A stretch of DNA of 63,894 bases, counting the filler, from Candidatus Nezhaarchaeota archaeon WYZ-LMO8 (GTDB lineage Archaea > Thermoproteota > Methanomethylicia > Nezhaarchaeales > WYZ-LMO8): assembly GCA_004347965.1 (NCBI GenBank). It is 4 parts of 3 records of this genome, joined end to end, with 100 filler letters (N's around TTAATTAATTAA, not from the genome) between each part and the next. Parts side by side here need not be neighbours in the genome. Positions count along the whole stretch, not along the records: positions 31,357 to 58,039 come from QNVF01000020.1; 3 more parts are not named here. One strand, written 5' to 3'. Shown piece by piece: positions 40,717 to 50,346 of this stretch. How positions within the stretch are numbered: the stretch's first letter is position 1; each line of letters begins with the position of its first letter. The notes below the pieces were generated by a model. That model had not been told where the DNA came from. It ran no database searches and saw only the letters and a program-made list of their open reading frames with translations. The position numbers and the translations under genes are program-made.

Positions 40717-41293
40717 AATACTTATCATCCTACTTTCTTTCATCCTCATTCTTGTCTTCAGTGTCATTTTTCGACACGAACTTAAGAAGAGCTTAAAGAA
40801 TAGTATCTCTCTGGAATATTCTAACTTATTAGCATTTATCCTTGTAAAGTTGTTGGCCAAGATCTATCAAAACACTCCTTCAGCACTCATAGCCTTGACG
40901 AGACTTGATCCTTCATGTCAACTGGTAAGCTCTTCATTTAAAATGCTTGCATGTAGTCTATCTTTAGGTGGTACAAGATCTTTTAAGTCTAAAGTCGCTC
41001 TAGCTTATGCACCCTTTTCAAATCCTTGTCTAGGTGAAGAAGCTTTGATCATGCACTCTCTTCAACGATCTATGAAGGAGGTTCAAGGAGGCTTCTTTAA
41101 ATCTAACATTAGAACCCTCATGACTTTAGTGATGACAAGCATTATCATAGCTCCAGTACCCATAACTCTCTTAGCTTTGCTCTATCAAAGTAGTATGCTG
41201 AGCCTATTACCCATCATAGTATCATTATTTTATGGTGTCTCTCTACAACTAATTCTTCTGGTCTTTAAAAGGTACATGAAGTTTCTCGTATAG
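40706..41293 (+). CDS. Divergent TadB/C (T2SSF-like) platform membrane protein
   Basis: N-terminal TM plus two C-terminal TMs; overlaps the ATPase gene. Confidence 0.55.
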   Translation: MLFEILIILLSFILILVFSVIFRHELKKSLKNSISLEYSNLLAFILVKLLAKIYQNTPSALIALTRLDPSCQLVSSSFKMLACSLSLGGTRSFKSKVALAYAPFSNPCLGEEALIMHSLQRSMKEVQGGFFKSNIRTLMTLVMTSIIIAPVPITLLALLYQSSMLSLLPIIVSLFYGVSLQLILLVFKRYMKFLV

Positions 41294-41303
41294 GCGATGA
41301 GAG

Positions 41304-42110
41304 ATGATCTCAGTCAATAAAAAAGTAGCACTTTGGTCTTCTCTTCTCGCATTAAGTTATCTCTTCCTCTTCCTCTCAATAGTACCAAACATTTTAATAG
41401 CTCTGAGTTTCTTCCCCATCCTATTCTCTGTATATGTAACTCTGCGAGACCTTGCAAAAATAACTGAAGAATTAACTGACCGTTTGGTAGACTACGAATG
41501 TCTTAATCTTCTCGCAGCTAGATCAATATCTTTATTGGATAGTAGAAGAAATCTTCTTTCCTTATTTGATGGTATCTACAAATCCCCTACTCATAGATCA
41601 CATGCTCTTTTAAGAATGAGACTTGCTGTGGGAAAAGTACTTCAACAAAAAATCTTTAAATTTAAGATTTTAAACGATCAAGAAGCAAGGATATCATCGC
41701 CCTTAACTAAGCTTTTATTCTCACTAATAGAGAAACTAGACTTCATCGATGAGCATTCCTTAAGAGAACTCTTCACTTCATTGCATAATATAAGCTCTTA
41801 TATTTACCTTAATGTTAAGAAGCTGAAAGAACTTATTGCAGCTGAAAGGTTAAAGTACAAGGTGCTACAAACAGCCTCGTCGATGACTTTAGGCTTTATG
41901 ATTAAGATTCTCTCCATCTTCACGATACTTTCATCTCCTAATGCATCATTTAGCCTCATCACCTTTACTTTCTTCGCTGCTCTCTCCATAATGCTTTTCA
42001 TAGTTTTTTCATCAATAATTCATCTACGCCATCCATCATTTAAGGAGCTAGCCTTCTGCATCTTCATTTTTCTAGCCTTCATTGTTTTACCACCTTATGG
42101 AGGAGCTTAA
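41304..42110 (+). CDS. Divergent TadB/C (T2SSF-like) platform membrane protein
   Basis: TM pair, helical domain, TM cluster; operon position. Confidence 0.55.
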   Translation: MISVNKKVALWSSLLALSYLFLFLSIVPNILIALSFFPILFSVYVTLRDLAKITEELTDRLVDYECLNLLAARSISLLDSRRNLLSLFDGIYKSPTHRSHALLRMRLAVGKVLQQKIFKFKILNDQEARISSPLTKLLFSLIEKLDFIDEHSLRELFTSLHNISSYIYLNVKKLKELIAAERLKYKVLQTASSMTLGFMIKILSIFTILSSPNASFSLITFTFFAALSIMLFIVFSSIIHLRHPSFKELAFCIFIFLAFIVLPPYGGA

Positions 42111-42146
42111 GAGTCTCTAGTCTCTCCTAAAAGATAGGAAGAAGGT

Positions 42147-42380
42147 ATGTTTAAGTATAAGCGAAGAAGTACGAGAGGCTCAATCCTCTTGGAAGAGGGT
42201 ATGCTTATTGGAATCTCTGTAGTTGTTTTATCGATTATTCTATCCATGGTGATGGGGCTGCTAGGAGGAGTTAACACAGCACTGAGTAGTGCTGGCAAAA
42301 GTACAGGGGACTTTCTATCTACAATAGCGCAAAAGTTCGAAGAGATTTTCAGGCAAATCACAAGCCTTTTCCAATTCTAA
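42147..42380 (+). CDS. Small type IV (Flp-like) pilin
   Basis: Class III signal KRRSTRG|SILLE (Glu at +5), hydrophobic helix, amphipathic tail. Confidence 0.75.
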   Translation: MFKYKRRSTRGSILLEEGMLIGISVVVLSIILSMVMGLLGGVNTALSSAGKSTGDFLSTIAQKFEEIFRQITSLFQF

Positions 42381-42944
42381 TAATAGGTCCAGCCTTCCAT
42401 CTCTTTCAAGTTCTTCAAGCCAATCGATGTCTCTTCCTCCCCCTTTGCCTTCTAGAATGTCTAGAACTTCTGAGACTACTTGCTCAATGGAGCGGCATGT
42501 ACAATTTACTTGCCACACTTTTTCTCTACCATAGAAGCTTAGTGCATCGAAAAGGCATACACCCAACAATTCTGCTTGAGCATTCTCTAAGCTCTTCTTT
42601 AAAGGCCATCCCCTCTCCATCCCTCTCTTCAGTATTAAGAGGGGGTGTGCCCGTAAAACTATCACCTTGTCTATAAGTCGCCTCGGAAATAGCTCTACTA
42701 TGTGGGTATCAAGGATGGCATTGCTCAACTTTTTAAGAAAGCTTGAGAAAAATCTCCTAGCTTTCTCAACATTAACTATGAAGCTTCCTCTTTCACCATC
42801 AACTTCTACATACATTTGCTTTTCAATTATCGTCTTGGCTACGTCTACGTAGTGATAGTCGAGGATCTTAGCTACTTCTTTTGCAATAGTTGTCTTGCCG
42901 ACAGAAGGTGTTCCTGTTATCAGCACTCTTAAGGTTTTACTCAC
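42315..42944 (-). CDS. AK6/Fap7-family adenylate kinase
   Basis: LITGTPSVGKTT, ILDTH, VLRAHP, ENAQAELLG. Confidence 0.88.
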   Translation of the reverse strand: MSKTLRVLITGTPSVGKTTIAKEVAKILDYHYVDVAKTIIEKQMYVEVDGERGSFIVNVEKARRFFSSFLKKLSNAILDTHIVELFPRRLIDKVIVLRAHPLLILKRGMERGWPLKKSLENAQAELLGVCLFDALSFYGREKVWQVNCTCRSIEQVVSEVLDILEGKGGGRDIDWLEELERDGRLDLLLELEKACDLPENLFELLRYCR

Positions 42945-42969
42945 AAAGAAAAGTTGAGTGAAAGAGGTT

Positions 42970-44613
42970 TTACTCTTTTTCTTCGCTCTCTTCTTTCTCT
43001 TTTGATGGTCCCTTCTCTTTTGCGGTCTCGCTTCGAGCAGCTGCTATGACGTCATCAATCCTTAGTATCATTGCTGCAGCTTCTGTAGCAGATTTTAGAG
43101 CTGTTAACTTAACGCTTAATGGCTCTATGACACCCAGCTTAAGCATGTCCACTGGCTTACCGTTATAAACGTCAATGCCTATGAAGAAGTTACCCTCTTT
43201 TTCGTGTTCTGCACGCAAGGCCATTATCACGTCTATGGGGTCATGTCCTCCGTTTTCAGCAAGGGTCCTTGGTATGACTTCTAGGGCAGTGGCAAACGCC
43301 TCTATTGCTAACTGCTCTTTGCCTCCAACCTTAGCAGCATATTCACGCAACCTCTTTGCTAACTCCATCTCGATGGCTCCGCCACCAGGTACATAACGTC
43401 CGCACTCAACAGCACTTGCTACTGCGCTAAGAGCATCCTTTAATGCTCTCTCGGCTTCATCTACGAACTTCTCAAGCCCTCCCCTAATCAGTATAGCTAC
43501 TGATCGCGGGTTCTTGCAATTCTCAACGAATATCAACTTCTCGTCGGCTATTTTCCTCTCTTCGACAAGCTCAGCATAGCCTAAGTCGTTCAGCGTTAAA
43601 TCCTCAATATTGGTGACTATCCTAGCACCAGTTGCTCGCGCAAGCTTTTCCATGTCTGACTTCTTTACTCTTCGAGCAGCTAGAATTCCAGCTTTAGCTA
43701 AGTAGTGCTGCGCCATGTCGTCTATGCCTTTCTGGCAAAAGACGACATTTGCACCAATGCTCTTGATTTTCTCAACCATTCCTTTCAATATCTTCTCTTC
43801 CTCTTCAATGAATGCTTTCATTTGAGCAGGATCACTTATCCTTATTTCTGCATCTATCTCAGTCTTCTCGACCTCTAGAGGGCAATCGAGAAGGGCTATC
43901 TTTGCATTTTGTACTCGTTTAGGCATACCAGTGTGAACAACTTCCTTGTCCACTATGACTCCTTGAATCAGTTTAGTATCAGTTATGCTACCACCCTGCT
44001 TCTTAATTAGCTGTACTTGGTCCACGTCAGCCACTAATTTGCCATTCCTCTCTTCAACTATTTGTTTAACAGCTTTAACAGCCAGATCTGCTAAGTAATC
44101 TCTTGCAGCACTAACAACCTTAGCGTGCATAGCAGTCCTAGCTATTAACCTTAAAAGCTCCTCATCACTGAGACTTACTGGCAAGCTTAATTTCTCAAGG
44201 TCTTTCTGGCAGAATTCTAATGCTTTACCATAACCATCAACGATAACCGTAGGGTGTATGTTCTTAGTCATAAGTTCCTCCGCTTTCTTCAAGAGCTCGC
44301 CGGCTAGAACAACTACTGTTGTCGTTCCGTCACCAACTTCTTCGTCTTGAGCTTTAGCTATCTCTACAAGCATTTTAGCCGCAGGATGCTGAACGTCCAT
44401 TTCATCAAGTATCGTTGCACCATCATTCGTTATGGTCACATCTCCTAAACTGTCAACAAGCATCTTATCCATGCCTCTAGGTCCTAACGTCGTCTTCAGC
44501 GTTTCAGCGATAGCTCTTGCAGCAGCTATATTAGCTCTTTGAGCTTCTCTACCGTAGGTCCTAGTAGCACCCTCTTTTAGTATTAAAACAGGAACACCAC
44601 TAACAGCAACCAT
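42970..44613 (-). CDS. Thermosome (group II chaperonin) subunit
   Basis: [31 protein letters not shown]. Confidence 0.97.
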   Translation of the reverse strand: MVAVSGVPVLILKEGATRTYGREAQRANIAAARAIAETLKTTLGPRGMDKMLVDSLGDVTITNDGATILDEMDVQHPAAKMLVEIAKAQDEEVGDGTTTVVVLAGELLKKAEELMTKNIHPTVIVDGYGKALEFCQKDLEKLSLPVSLSDEELLRLIARTAMHAKVVSAARDYLADLAVKAVKQIVEERNGKLVADVDQVQLIKKQGGSITDTKLIQGVIVDKEVVHTGMPKRVQNAKIALLDCPLEVEKTEIDAEIRISDPAQMKAFIEEEEKILKGMVEKIKSIGANVVFCQKGIDDMAQHYLAKAGILAARRVKKSDMEKLARATGARIVTNIEDLTLNDLGYAELVEERKIADEKLIFVENCKNPRSVAILIRGGLEKFVDEAERALKDALSAVASAVECGRYVPGGGAIEMELAKRLREYAAKVGGKEQLAIEAFATALEVIPRTLAENGGHDPIDVIMALRAEHEKEGNFFIGIDVYNGKPVDMLKLGVIEPLSVKLTALKSATEAAAMILRIDDVIAAARSETAKEKGPSKEKEESEEKE

Positions 44614-44737
44614 AGTAACACCCCACATTGATATATCTTCTTCGGACAGTTATGAGAAGAAGCTTCTATATAACTTTTTCTAATGACCCTAATTCTCTAG
44701 CAGTACCAACAGCTGAGATGCACATCATTATTTTCCG

Positions 44738-44974
44738 TTACTTATACATGCTAGCACTTAGCCAACGAAGAACGTGTTTAACAGCCAAGTTAATATCTTC
44801 AGCAGTAACAGTCTTCCTCCCAGCGTGGCGAGCTAATTCTACAGCTTCTCTAGCTATGTCTAGGGCTACGTCTTCAAGTATTTTACACAAAGCTTTGACC
44901 GCATCATCTCCCACGCGTTCAGCACCAGCTCTCCTAATTATTCTATCTATTGGAGCTAATGGCAGTTCAGCCAC
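44738..44974 (-). CDS. Archaeal histone (HMf type) with short C-terminal extension
   Basis: [31 protein letters not shown]. Confidence 0.95.
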   Translation of the reverse strand: MAELPLAPIDRIIRRAGAERVGDDAVKALCKILEDVALDIAREAVELARHAGRKTVTAEDINLAVKHVLRWLSASMYK

Positions 44975-45115
44975 AAATTATCACCTAATACTACTGTTCA
45001 CTGTATTCTATTATATTGCTGTAAAGCTTTAATTGCTACTGGCTCTCAGAGGAATTCTTCAAAGAAAAGATTAAATAAACCTAGTTAAACCTTTAATGGC
45101 GCGGGCTGAAGTGGT

Positions 45116-45334
45116 ATGGGAAAGGTTAGGCCATTGATCATCAAGAGACTGGCTCTTCAAATTTTTCAGCAATACTACGATAGGGTTAGTTTAGATTATG
45201 CACAAAACAAGAAGCTCGTCTTAGAAGTATCGACAATTAGAGCTAAACACTTGTTGAATAGGGTTAGCGGGTACTTGACTCGACTAGCTAGACGCTTTAA
45301 AGCAATCGAGCAACCTCAGCAACCTCAAGCTTAA
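45116..45334 (+). CDS. rps17e: 30S ribosomal protein S17e
   Basis: MGKVRP..IKR.A, DY..NKK.V, NRVSGYLTR. Confidence 0.92.
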   Translation: MGKVRPLIIKRLALQIFQQYYDRVSLDYAQNKKLVLEVSTIRAKHLLNRVSGYLTRLARRFKAIEQPQQPQA

Positions 45335-46554
45335 TGCTTTATGAAATGTACCTTTCTACGAAGTAGATATGAGAGCGAAAAGGCTGCTAACCTCTCATCT
45401 TCTATAGCTCTCTTCAACTTAAGATATATGGTGTAATCCTTAACCTCAACCTCATAGTCATCGAATCCCAGAACACCTCTCAACACCTCATGCATATCTA
45501 AGTGCTTAGGTTCACCTTGAGCCTTCCTTGCACATTGGGAAGGGCAGGTTTTCTCGCACGAACGCTCATCTAGGAAGCATAGAGAAGGACACATCACGTC
45601 GCTATAACCTTGAAGAAATTGTGAAACTGTGTTAGCACAGCAAGCTCTCTTCAAGAATATGAGACCCTTGTTTAACGCTTTCTCCCTAATGAGAGCGGTC
45701 AAGCCGCCATCAACCCTGATATCGATGAACCCTTTCTTTAAGCTCTTAAAGTCCACATCGATGAACTTTGTAATATCAACTCCTCTTTCCGCTAACCTCT
45801 TTACTATAGTTGGCGCTAACCTCAGATTGCCTGCTACGATACCGTAAGCTCCCGAAGCTTTTGCTTGATTAATAATCTCCTCAATCTCCTCAGCTCTTAA
45901 CCCTGGCAACAATGGTCTAACGAATATGAAGGGCTTGAAGCCTTTGGCTCTAAGTCTCTTTATGCCTTCTAACCTCTCAAGAGGATGTGGAGCTTTTTCC
46001 TCTAAGTGAAGATATTGATTTAAGCTAGTCACTGTAACCAAGATCGACAATCGAATTCTCTTTATGCTAGCTAGCTCTTCTACAAGTACGTCACTCATGG
46101 CGATTTTAGTTGAAACTTGACAAGGATTATCGAGGTACTCGGCTATGGCCTTCAAGTACTCAAGTGTTTTAGGTGTTATATTTGGGAGGAATGGCTCAGT
46201 TACACTACCAAATGCGAGATAGGTACCCCACCTCGTCGGGTAAAAGTACCTGTTATATAGGAGTGCTGCTATAAGTTGAAGTCCACTAAGCGAGTAAGGG
46301 ATTGCGTACCTACTGAAGCCCATATCGTAGATGTAACAGTAGCTGCATTGAAGAGGGCATCCGGTACCAGGATGTATAGTCAAACCGCAGCCTATAGGTC
46401 TACGTTTTGAATGCCAATCGCTCTTAGCTAAACTAAGCTCTTTCCTTTTCAGTCTCCTCTCAATGACTTCAAGCAAAGTCTTCTTTAAGAGAACAGGTTT
46501 TTTATCGCTAATTAGCGGCGCCACGATCCTCTCATGCATACCATACTTGAACAT
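45331..46554 (-). CDS. Radical SAM protein (SplB/COG1533-like) with Cys-rich C-terminus
   Basis: CPLQCSYC, GSVTEPF, STK, RPLLPG; start uncertain. Confidence 0.85.
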   Translation of the reverse strand: MFKYGMHERIVAPLISDKKPVLLKKTLLEVIERRLKRKELSLAKSDWHSKRRPIGCGLTIHPGTGCPLQCSYCYIYDMGFSRYAIPYSLSGLQLIAALLYNRYFYPTRWGTYLAFGSVTEPFLPNITPKTLEYLKAIAEYLDNPCQVSTKIAMSDVLVEELASIKRIRLSILVTVTSLNQYLHLEEKAPHPLERLEGIKRLRAKGFKPFIFVRPLLPGLRAEEIEEIINQAKASGAYGIVAGNLRLAPTIVKRLAERGVDITKFIDVDFKSLKKGFIDIRVDGGLTALIREKALNKGLIFLKRACCANTVSQFLQGYSDVMCPSLCFLDERSCEKTCPSQCARKAQGEPKHLDMHEVLRGVLGFDDYEVEVKDYTIYLKLKRAIEDERLAAFSLSYLLRRKVHFIKH

Positions 46555-46584
46555 TTAAATACGTTTACGTCTCTCTTAGAGAGT

Positions 46585-46647
46585 CGAGGGATGACGAAGC
46601 TGACCTGCACTGAAGGGCAGTGAAGAAATGTACCTCAACTGACCTCG
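46585..46647 (+). ncRNA. Box C/D sRNA, predicted dual guide for 16S rRNA helix 34
   Basis: CGAGG/CCTCG stem; C ATGACGA, D' CTGA, C' GTGAAGA, D CTGA; two 12-nt guides. Confidence 0.85.
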
Positions 46648-46663
46648 CTAAGGGTTTGAAGCC

Positions 46664-46957
46664 ATGAAGGTTAAGGTAAACTTCCTGGCTGTTCTTCGAA
46701 GCCTGGCGAAGTCTAATTTTGTAGAGGTCGAAGTCCCTCAAGGATCTAAGGTAGAAGATGTGATACGTTTAGCATGCATGAACAATGAAGCTCTATCTAA
46801 GAGAGTTTTTGAACCTAGTGGAGGAGTAAGAGGCGATATAATAGTCTTGGTTGATGGAGTTGATGCAAATCTTCTTGGAGGTTTAGGTGTAGTTGTAAAC
46901 AATATTAAGGAGATAACGTTAATCCCTTCAGTCCACGGGGGAGGTACCTTCGTATGA
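46664..46957 (+). CDS. MoaD/ThiS/Urm1-SAMP ubiquitin-like protein
   Basis: Beta-grasp pattern MKVKVNF, IIVLVDG, LIPSVHGG. Confidence 0.88.
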   Translation: MKVKVNFLAVLRSLAKSNFVEVEVPQGSKVEDVIRLACMNNEALSKRVFEPSGGVRGDIIVLVDGVDANLLGGLGVVVNNIKEITLIPSVHGGGTFV

Positions 46958-47550
46958 ATCCCAAAATTGCTAGAAACCTTCTATCAACACTTGTGACTAA
47001 AAGCAGTGATATCGACTTAAGAATCTTACACGTAAAGTTAAGCAGAGAAACACCATCACAAGAGGTTATTCGCCAGCTAGAACAAATATTCAATGGCTTC
47101 GAGGTTTTATGGGCAGTGACACGTCCAGGCTTTGCTCTTTCTCGCTTTCATGTTTTATGCGTTTTCTATCACACCTTGAAGGCCTTCGCCTTAAGAAAGA
47201 ACATAAGCAACAAGTTCAACATAGAGTTCCTACTTCGACTTACATGTGAAGATCAGATAGCCAATGCATTAAGAATAGCCGGCCTTGATGTTAAAGTCAG
47301 GGAGTTTTGCCTCTACGTCTTATCTGCCTGCAAGGAGACTTTAGAGAAATTGTTGTTCATTTTACACTCCACTATATTCGAAGAAGTTAAGCAGGTTAAC
47401 GATTTAGAGCAATACGAGCAGCGGTATTCACTCGAGCTACTAAACATAAGTTTAGAGGAGTTATCTGCAACCAGCTACAAGTCATCGATTCTAGACTCCA
47501 AGCTGAAGAGCACATTGACAAGAATGTCTCTCTTAAACGTTAAGAGGTAG
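46954..47550 (+). CDS. cgi121: KEOPS subunit Cgi121-like
   Basis: KAF..RKNIS..IEFLLRLT..DQI.NAL..AG. Confidence 0.75.
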   Translation: MNPKIARNLLSTLVTKSSDIDLRILHVKLSRETPSQEVIRQLEQIFNGFEVLWAVTRPGFALSRFHVLCVFYHTLKAFALRKNISNKFNIEFLLRLTCEDQIANALRIAGLDVKVREFCLYVLSACKETLEKLLFILHSTIFEEVKQVNDLEQYEQRYSLELLNISLEELSATSYKSSILDSKLKSTLTRMSLLNVKR

Positions 47551-48070
47551 TTATCTTCACTATGGAGATTATGTCCTCTGGCTTCAAAACAGCTATACCT
47601 ACGTCCTTCCCCACGATCTCGATTTGCAGTATTTTATCAGGATTCTTCAAATTAACCTTTCTATCGATATGTTTTGCTATTTCTTCTATCAGCTTCTTAC
47701 CGCTAATGCTTGTTAATCTCTTATTTACGGTTATCCTAAACGTCTCGTCTACACGAATCTTTTCGTTGGCGAGAGTTATGGCAACTCTCTTTATCTCCTC
47801 CATATCATCGCTCGTAACGGCATCTATCGGAGTAAGCTTCAAAGTGTACCTCACATCCCAAGGTCTCTCCTTAGCTATTTCTCCAATCTTCTTAGAGACC
47901 TCAAATGGATTAAGCCTTGTCTTTACCAATAACAGGCCAGGGACAATAGCTCTACGTACCTCTATCTGGTCGTCGCCCAGTTCTCGAAAGAGGTACCATA
48001 GTTCACTGATGCAGTCATCCTCTCTATTACGATAAGTTGAAACCAGTAAGTTAAACTTCAAGCGTGACAC
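47540..48070 (-). CDS. THUMP-domain protein
   Basis: TFRITVNKR, IDRKVNLKNPDKIL.IEIVG. Confidence 0.9.
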   Translation of the reverse strand: MSRLKFNLLVSTYRNREDDCISELWYLFRELGDDQIEVRRAIVPGLLLVKTRLNPFEVSKKIGEIAKERPWDVRYTLKLTPIDAVTSDDMEEIKRVAITLANEKIRVDETFRITVNKRLTSISGKKLIEEIAKHIDRKVNLKNPDKILQIEIVGKDVGIAVLKPEDIISIVKITTS

Positions 48071-48183
48071 CTTTAGTATGCTGTCTAGATGAGAAGTATC
48101 TTTAAAAGCTTCTCCAAAAATTTAATCGCTAACTTTAAATAAAGCCATAAGTCTTCTAAGACAACACTTTAGGGGGCAGGAAA

Positions 48184-48255
48184 ATGGAAGAGGAATGGGA
48201 AGAGTGGGAAGAGGAAGAGGAATGGGAAGAAGAGGAATGGGAAGAAGAATGGTGA
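48184..48255 (+). CDS. 23-aa acidic Glu/Trp microprotein (not in ORF track)
   Basis: MEEEWEEWEEEEEWEEEEWEEEW*; TTTAAATA box near 48134 and purine-rich RBS upstream. Confidence 0.7.
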   Translation: MEEEWEEWEEEEEWEEEEWEEEW

Positions 48256-48471
48256 AGCAAACCTCAAATAAATTTTGATTACCTCGCTAAATTTTTAACT
48301 GTTAACCTTTCTTTGCGTTTTCCTCTTAATGAGTAATATATCTCTTCACATTCTACTTAAGGTCGCAAATCGACAAGAACCGATAATGAAATAAGATGCG
48401 TAAATTGCAATCTGTTTAGAACTAGCTTCATATCTTGGTAGTAAAGCGTTAAGTCGAGTAAAGGGATCGCT

Positions 48472-50277
48472 ATGCCGCGAATAGCTGTCATCGATAAAGA
48501 CCTATGTAAGCCAAAGGAGTGTTATAGAGAGTGTTATCGCTTCTGTCCATTAGTGAAGAACAAGGTAATGGTCATAGAGTTCGACGAGCAACGTCAGAGA
48601 CCAATCATAAAGGAGAATCTCTGCGTTGGCTGTGGTATTTGCGTTAAAAAGTGCCCCTTCTCAGCTATAACCATAGTCAACTTGCCTGAAGAATTAAAAC
48701 ATGAATGTGTTCATCAATATGGCATTAATGGCTTTAGACTTTACAGGCTTCCTCCACCTAGAAGGGGCTGCGTTTTAGGTATCATAGGGCCCAATGGTAC
48801 CGGGAAGACAACGATACTTAAAATTCTAGCCGGTGAGCTCATGCCAAACTTCGGAATGGTAGGTACCCAACCAACAAAGGATGACGTGTTACGCTTCTTT
48901 GCAGGTACTGAACTTCAACCTTATTTTCGAGATTTATACTCAGGAAAGCTTCGTGTTGTACATAAGGTGCAATACGTGGACATAATACCCAAGTACGTTA
49001 AGGGATCAGTAAGAGAACTGCTAAATAAAGTTGATGAGAGAGGCTTGTGGAGAGACTTAGCCACAGAGCTCGACCTCATAGACCTAGCTGGTAGAGAAGT
49101 AACTGCTTTAAGTGGTGGTGAGCTTCAGAGGTTGGCCATAATAGCTGCATGCTGTCGAGAAGCTGATGTATACTTATTTGATGAACCGGCAAGCTATCTT
49201 GACGTCATGCAAAGGCTTAAGGTCTCAAAAATCATAAGGTCTCTAACACAAGAAAATAAGGTGGTTCTGGTAGCTGAACACGACCTTGCCATCCTTGATT
49301 ACGTATCAGATAAAGTGTGCATAATGTATGGTAAGCCAGGAGCTTACGGGATAGCGTCACAGCCCTATGGTGTTCGAGTAGGCATAAACATATACCTCGA
49401 TGGTTACATACCTAGTGAAAATGTAAGGTTTAGGGATGAGCCCGTAAGATTCCGGTTAAGACCTAGGCCGAGAGAATCATTAACGGCAGATGAACTCTTC
49501 TCATGGCCTCCATTTAAAGTGAACCTGGAAGGAAAGTTCGAATTAAATGCGTATCAAGGCACGATCCATAAAGGAGAGGTCATCGGAATCCTAGGTCCTA
49601 ATGGAATTGGTAAGACAACGTTTGTTAAAGCTCTCATAGAGCGTTTATCAAAGAAAGGAGGAGTCAATATAAAAGTAAGCTATAAACCACAATACTTAAC
49701 CCCCGAGAGCGATGAGGTCGTTTACGACTATCTTTCTAGAAACTTAGGGAGCATAATGGCCACTTCTTGGTTTAAAAGTGAGATATGCTACCCATTCATG
49801 CTTGAACACCTCTTTGATCGTAGATTAACTGCTTTAAGTGGTGGTGAGCTTCAGCGAGTCAGTATAGCGTGCACATTAGCTAAGGAAGCTGACATATACC
49901 TACTCGATGAGCCTTCAGCCTACTTAGATGTTGAACAACGCTTGGTTATGGCTAAGCTCATACGAAGAGTTGTGGAGGAGAGAAAGGCTGCAGCCTTCGT
50001 TGTTGAACACGACGTTGTCGTCATGGATGCTGTCGCTGACTCACTAATGGTTTTCAGCGGTGAGCCAGGTGTCTACGGTATCGCATTAAGCCCAATGGAT
50101 TTGAGAAGTGGCTTTAACACCTTCCTAAAGGAAGTCGACGTTACCTTTAGAAGGGACCTCCATAGTGGGAGGGTTAGGATAAACAAGCCAGACTCTTATC
50201 TTCATAGAAAGCAGAAGAGCATAGAGGAGTACTATTATGTGCCTGAAAGAGAGGAAGCAGAAGAAACCGAGGAGTGA
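48472..50277 (+). CDS. ABCE1/RLI ribosome recycling ATPase
   Basis: N-terminal Fe-S Cys cluster, two NBDs (GPNGxGKTT, LSGGELQR, DEP). Confidence 0.97.
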   Translation: MPRIAVIDKDLCKPKECYRECYRFCPLVKNKVMVIEFDEQRQRPIIKENLCVGCGICVKKCPFSAITIVNLPEELKHECVHQYGINGFRLYRLPPPRRGCVLGIIGPNGTGKTTILKILAGELMPNFGMVGTQPTKDDVLRFFAGTELQPYFRDLYSGKLRVVHKVQYVDIIPKYVKGSVRELLNKVDERGLWRDLATELDLIDLAGREVTALSGGELQRLAIIAACCREADVYLFDEPASYLDVMQRLKVSKIIRSLTQENKVVLVAEHDLAILDYVSDKVCIMYGKPGAYGIASQPYGVRVGINIYLDGYIPSENVRFRDEPVRFRLRPRPRESLTADELFSWPPFKVNLEGKFELNAYQGTIHKGEVIGILGPNGIGKTTFVKALIERLSKKGGVNIKVSYKPQYLTPESDEVVYDYLSRNLGSIMATSWFKSEICYPFMLEHLFDRRLTALSGGELQRVSIACTLAKEADIYLLDEPSAYLDVEQRLVMAKLIRRVVEERKAAAFVVEHDVVVMDAVADSLMVFSGEPGVYGIALSPMDLRSGFNTFLKEVDVTFRRDLHSGRVRINKPDSYLHRKQKSIEEYYYVPEREEAEETEE

Positions 50278-50346
50278 CGAAGCAACGTTATGTGCTAAAG
50301 ATTTATACGATCATCCTCCGCAAGATTTCTATACCAGGTGGTCTTT

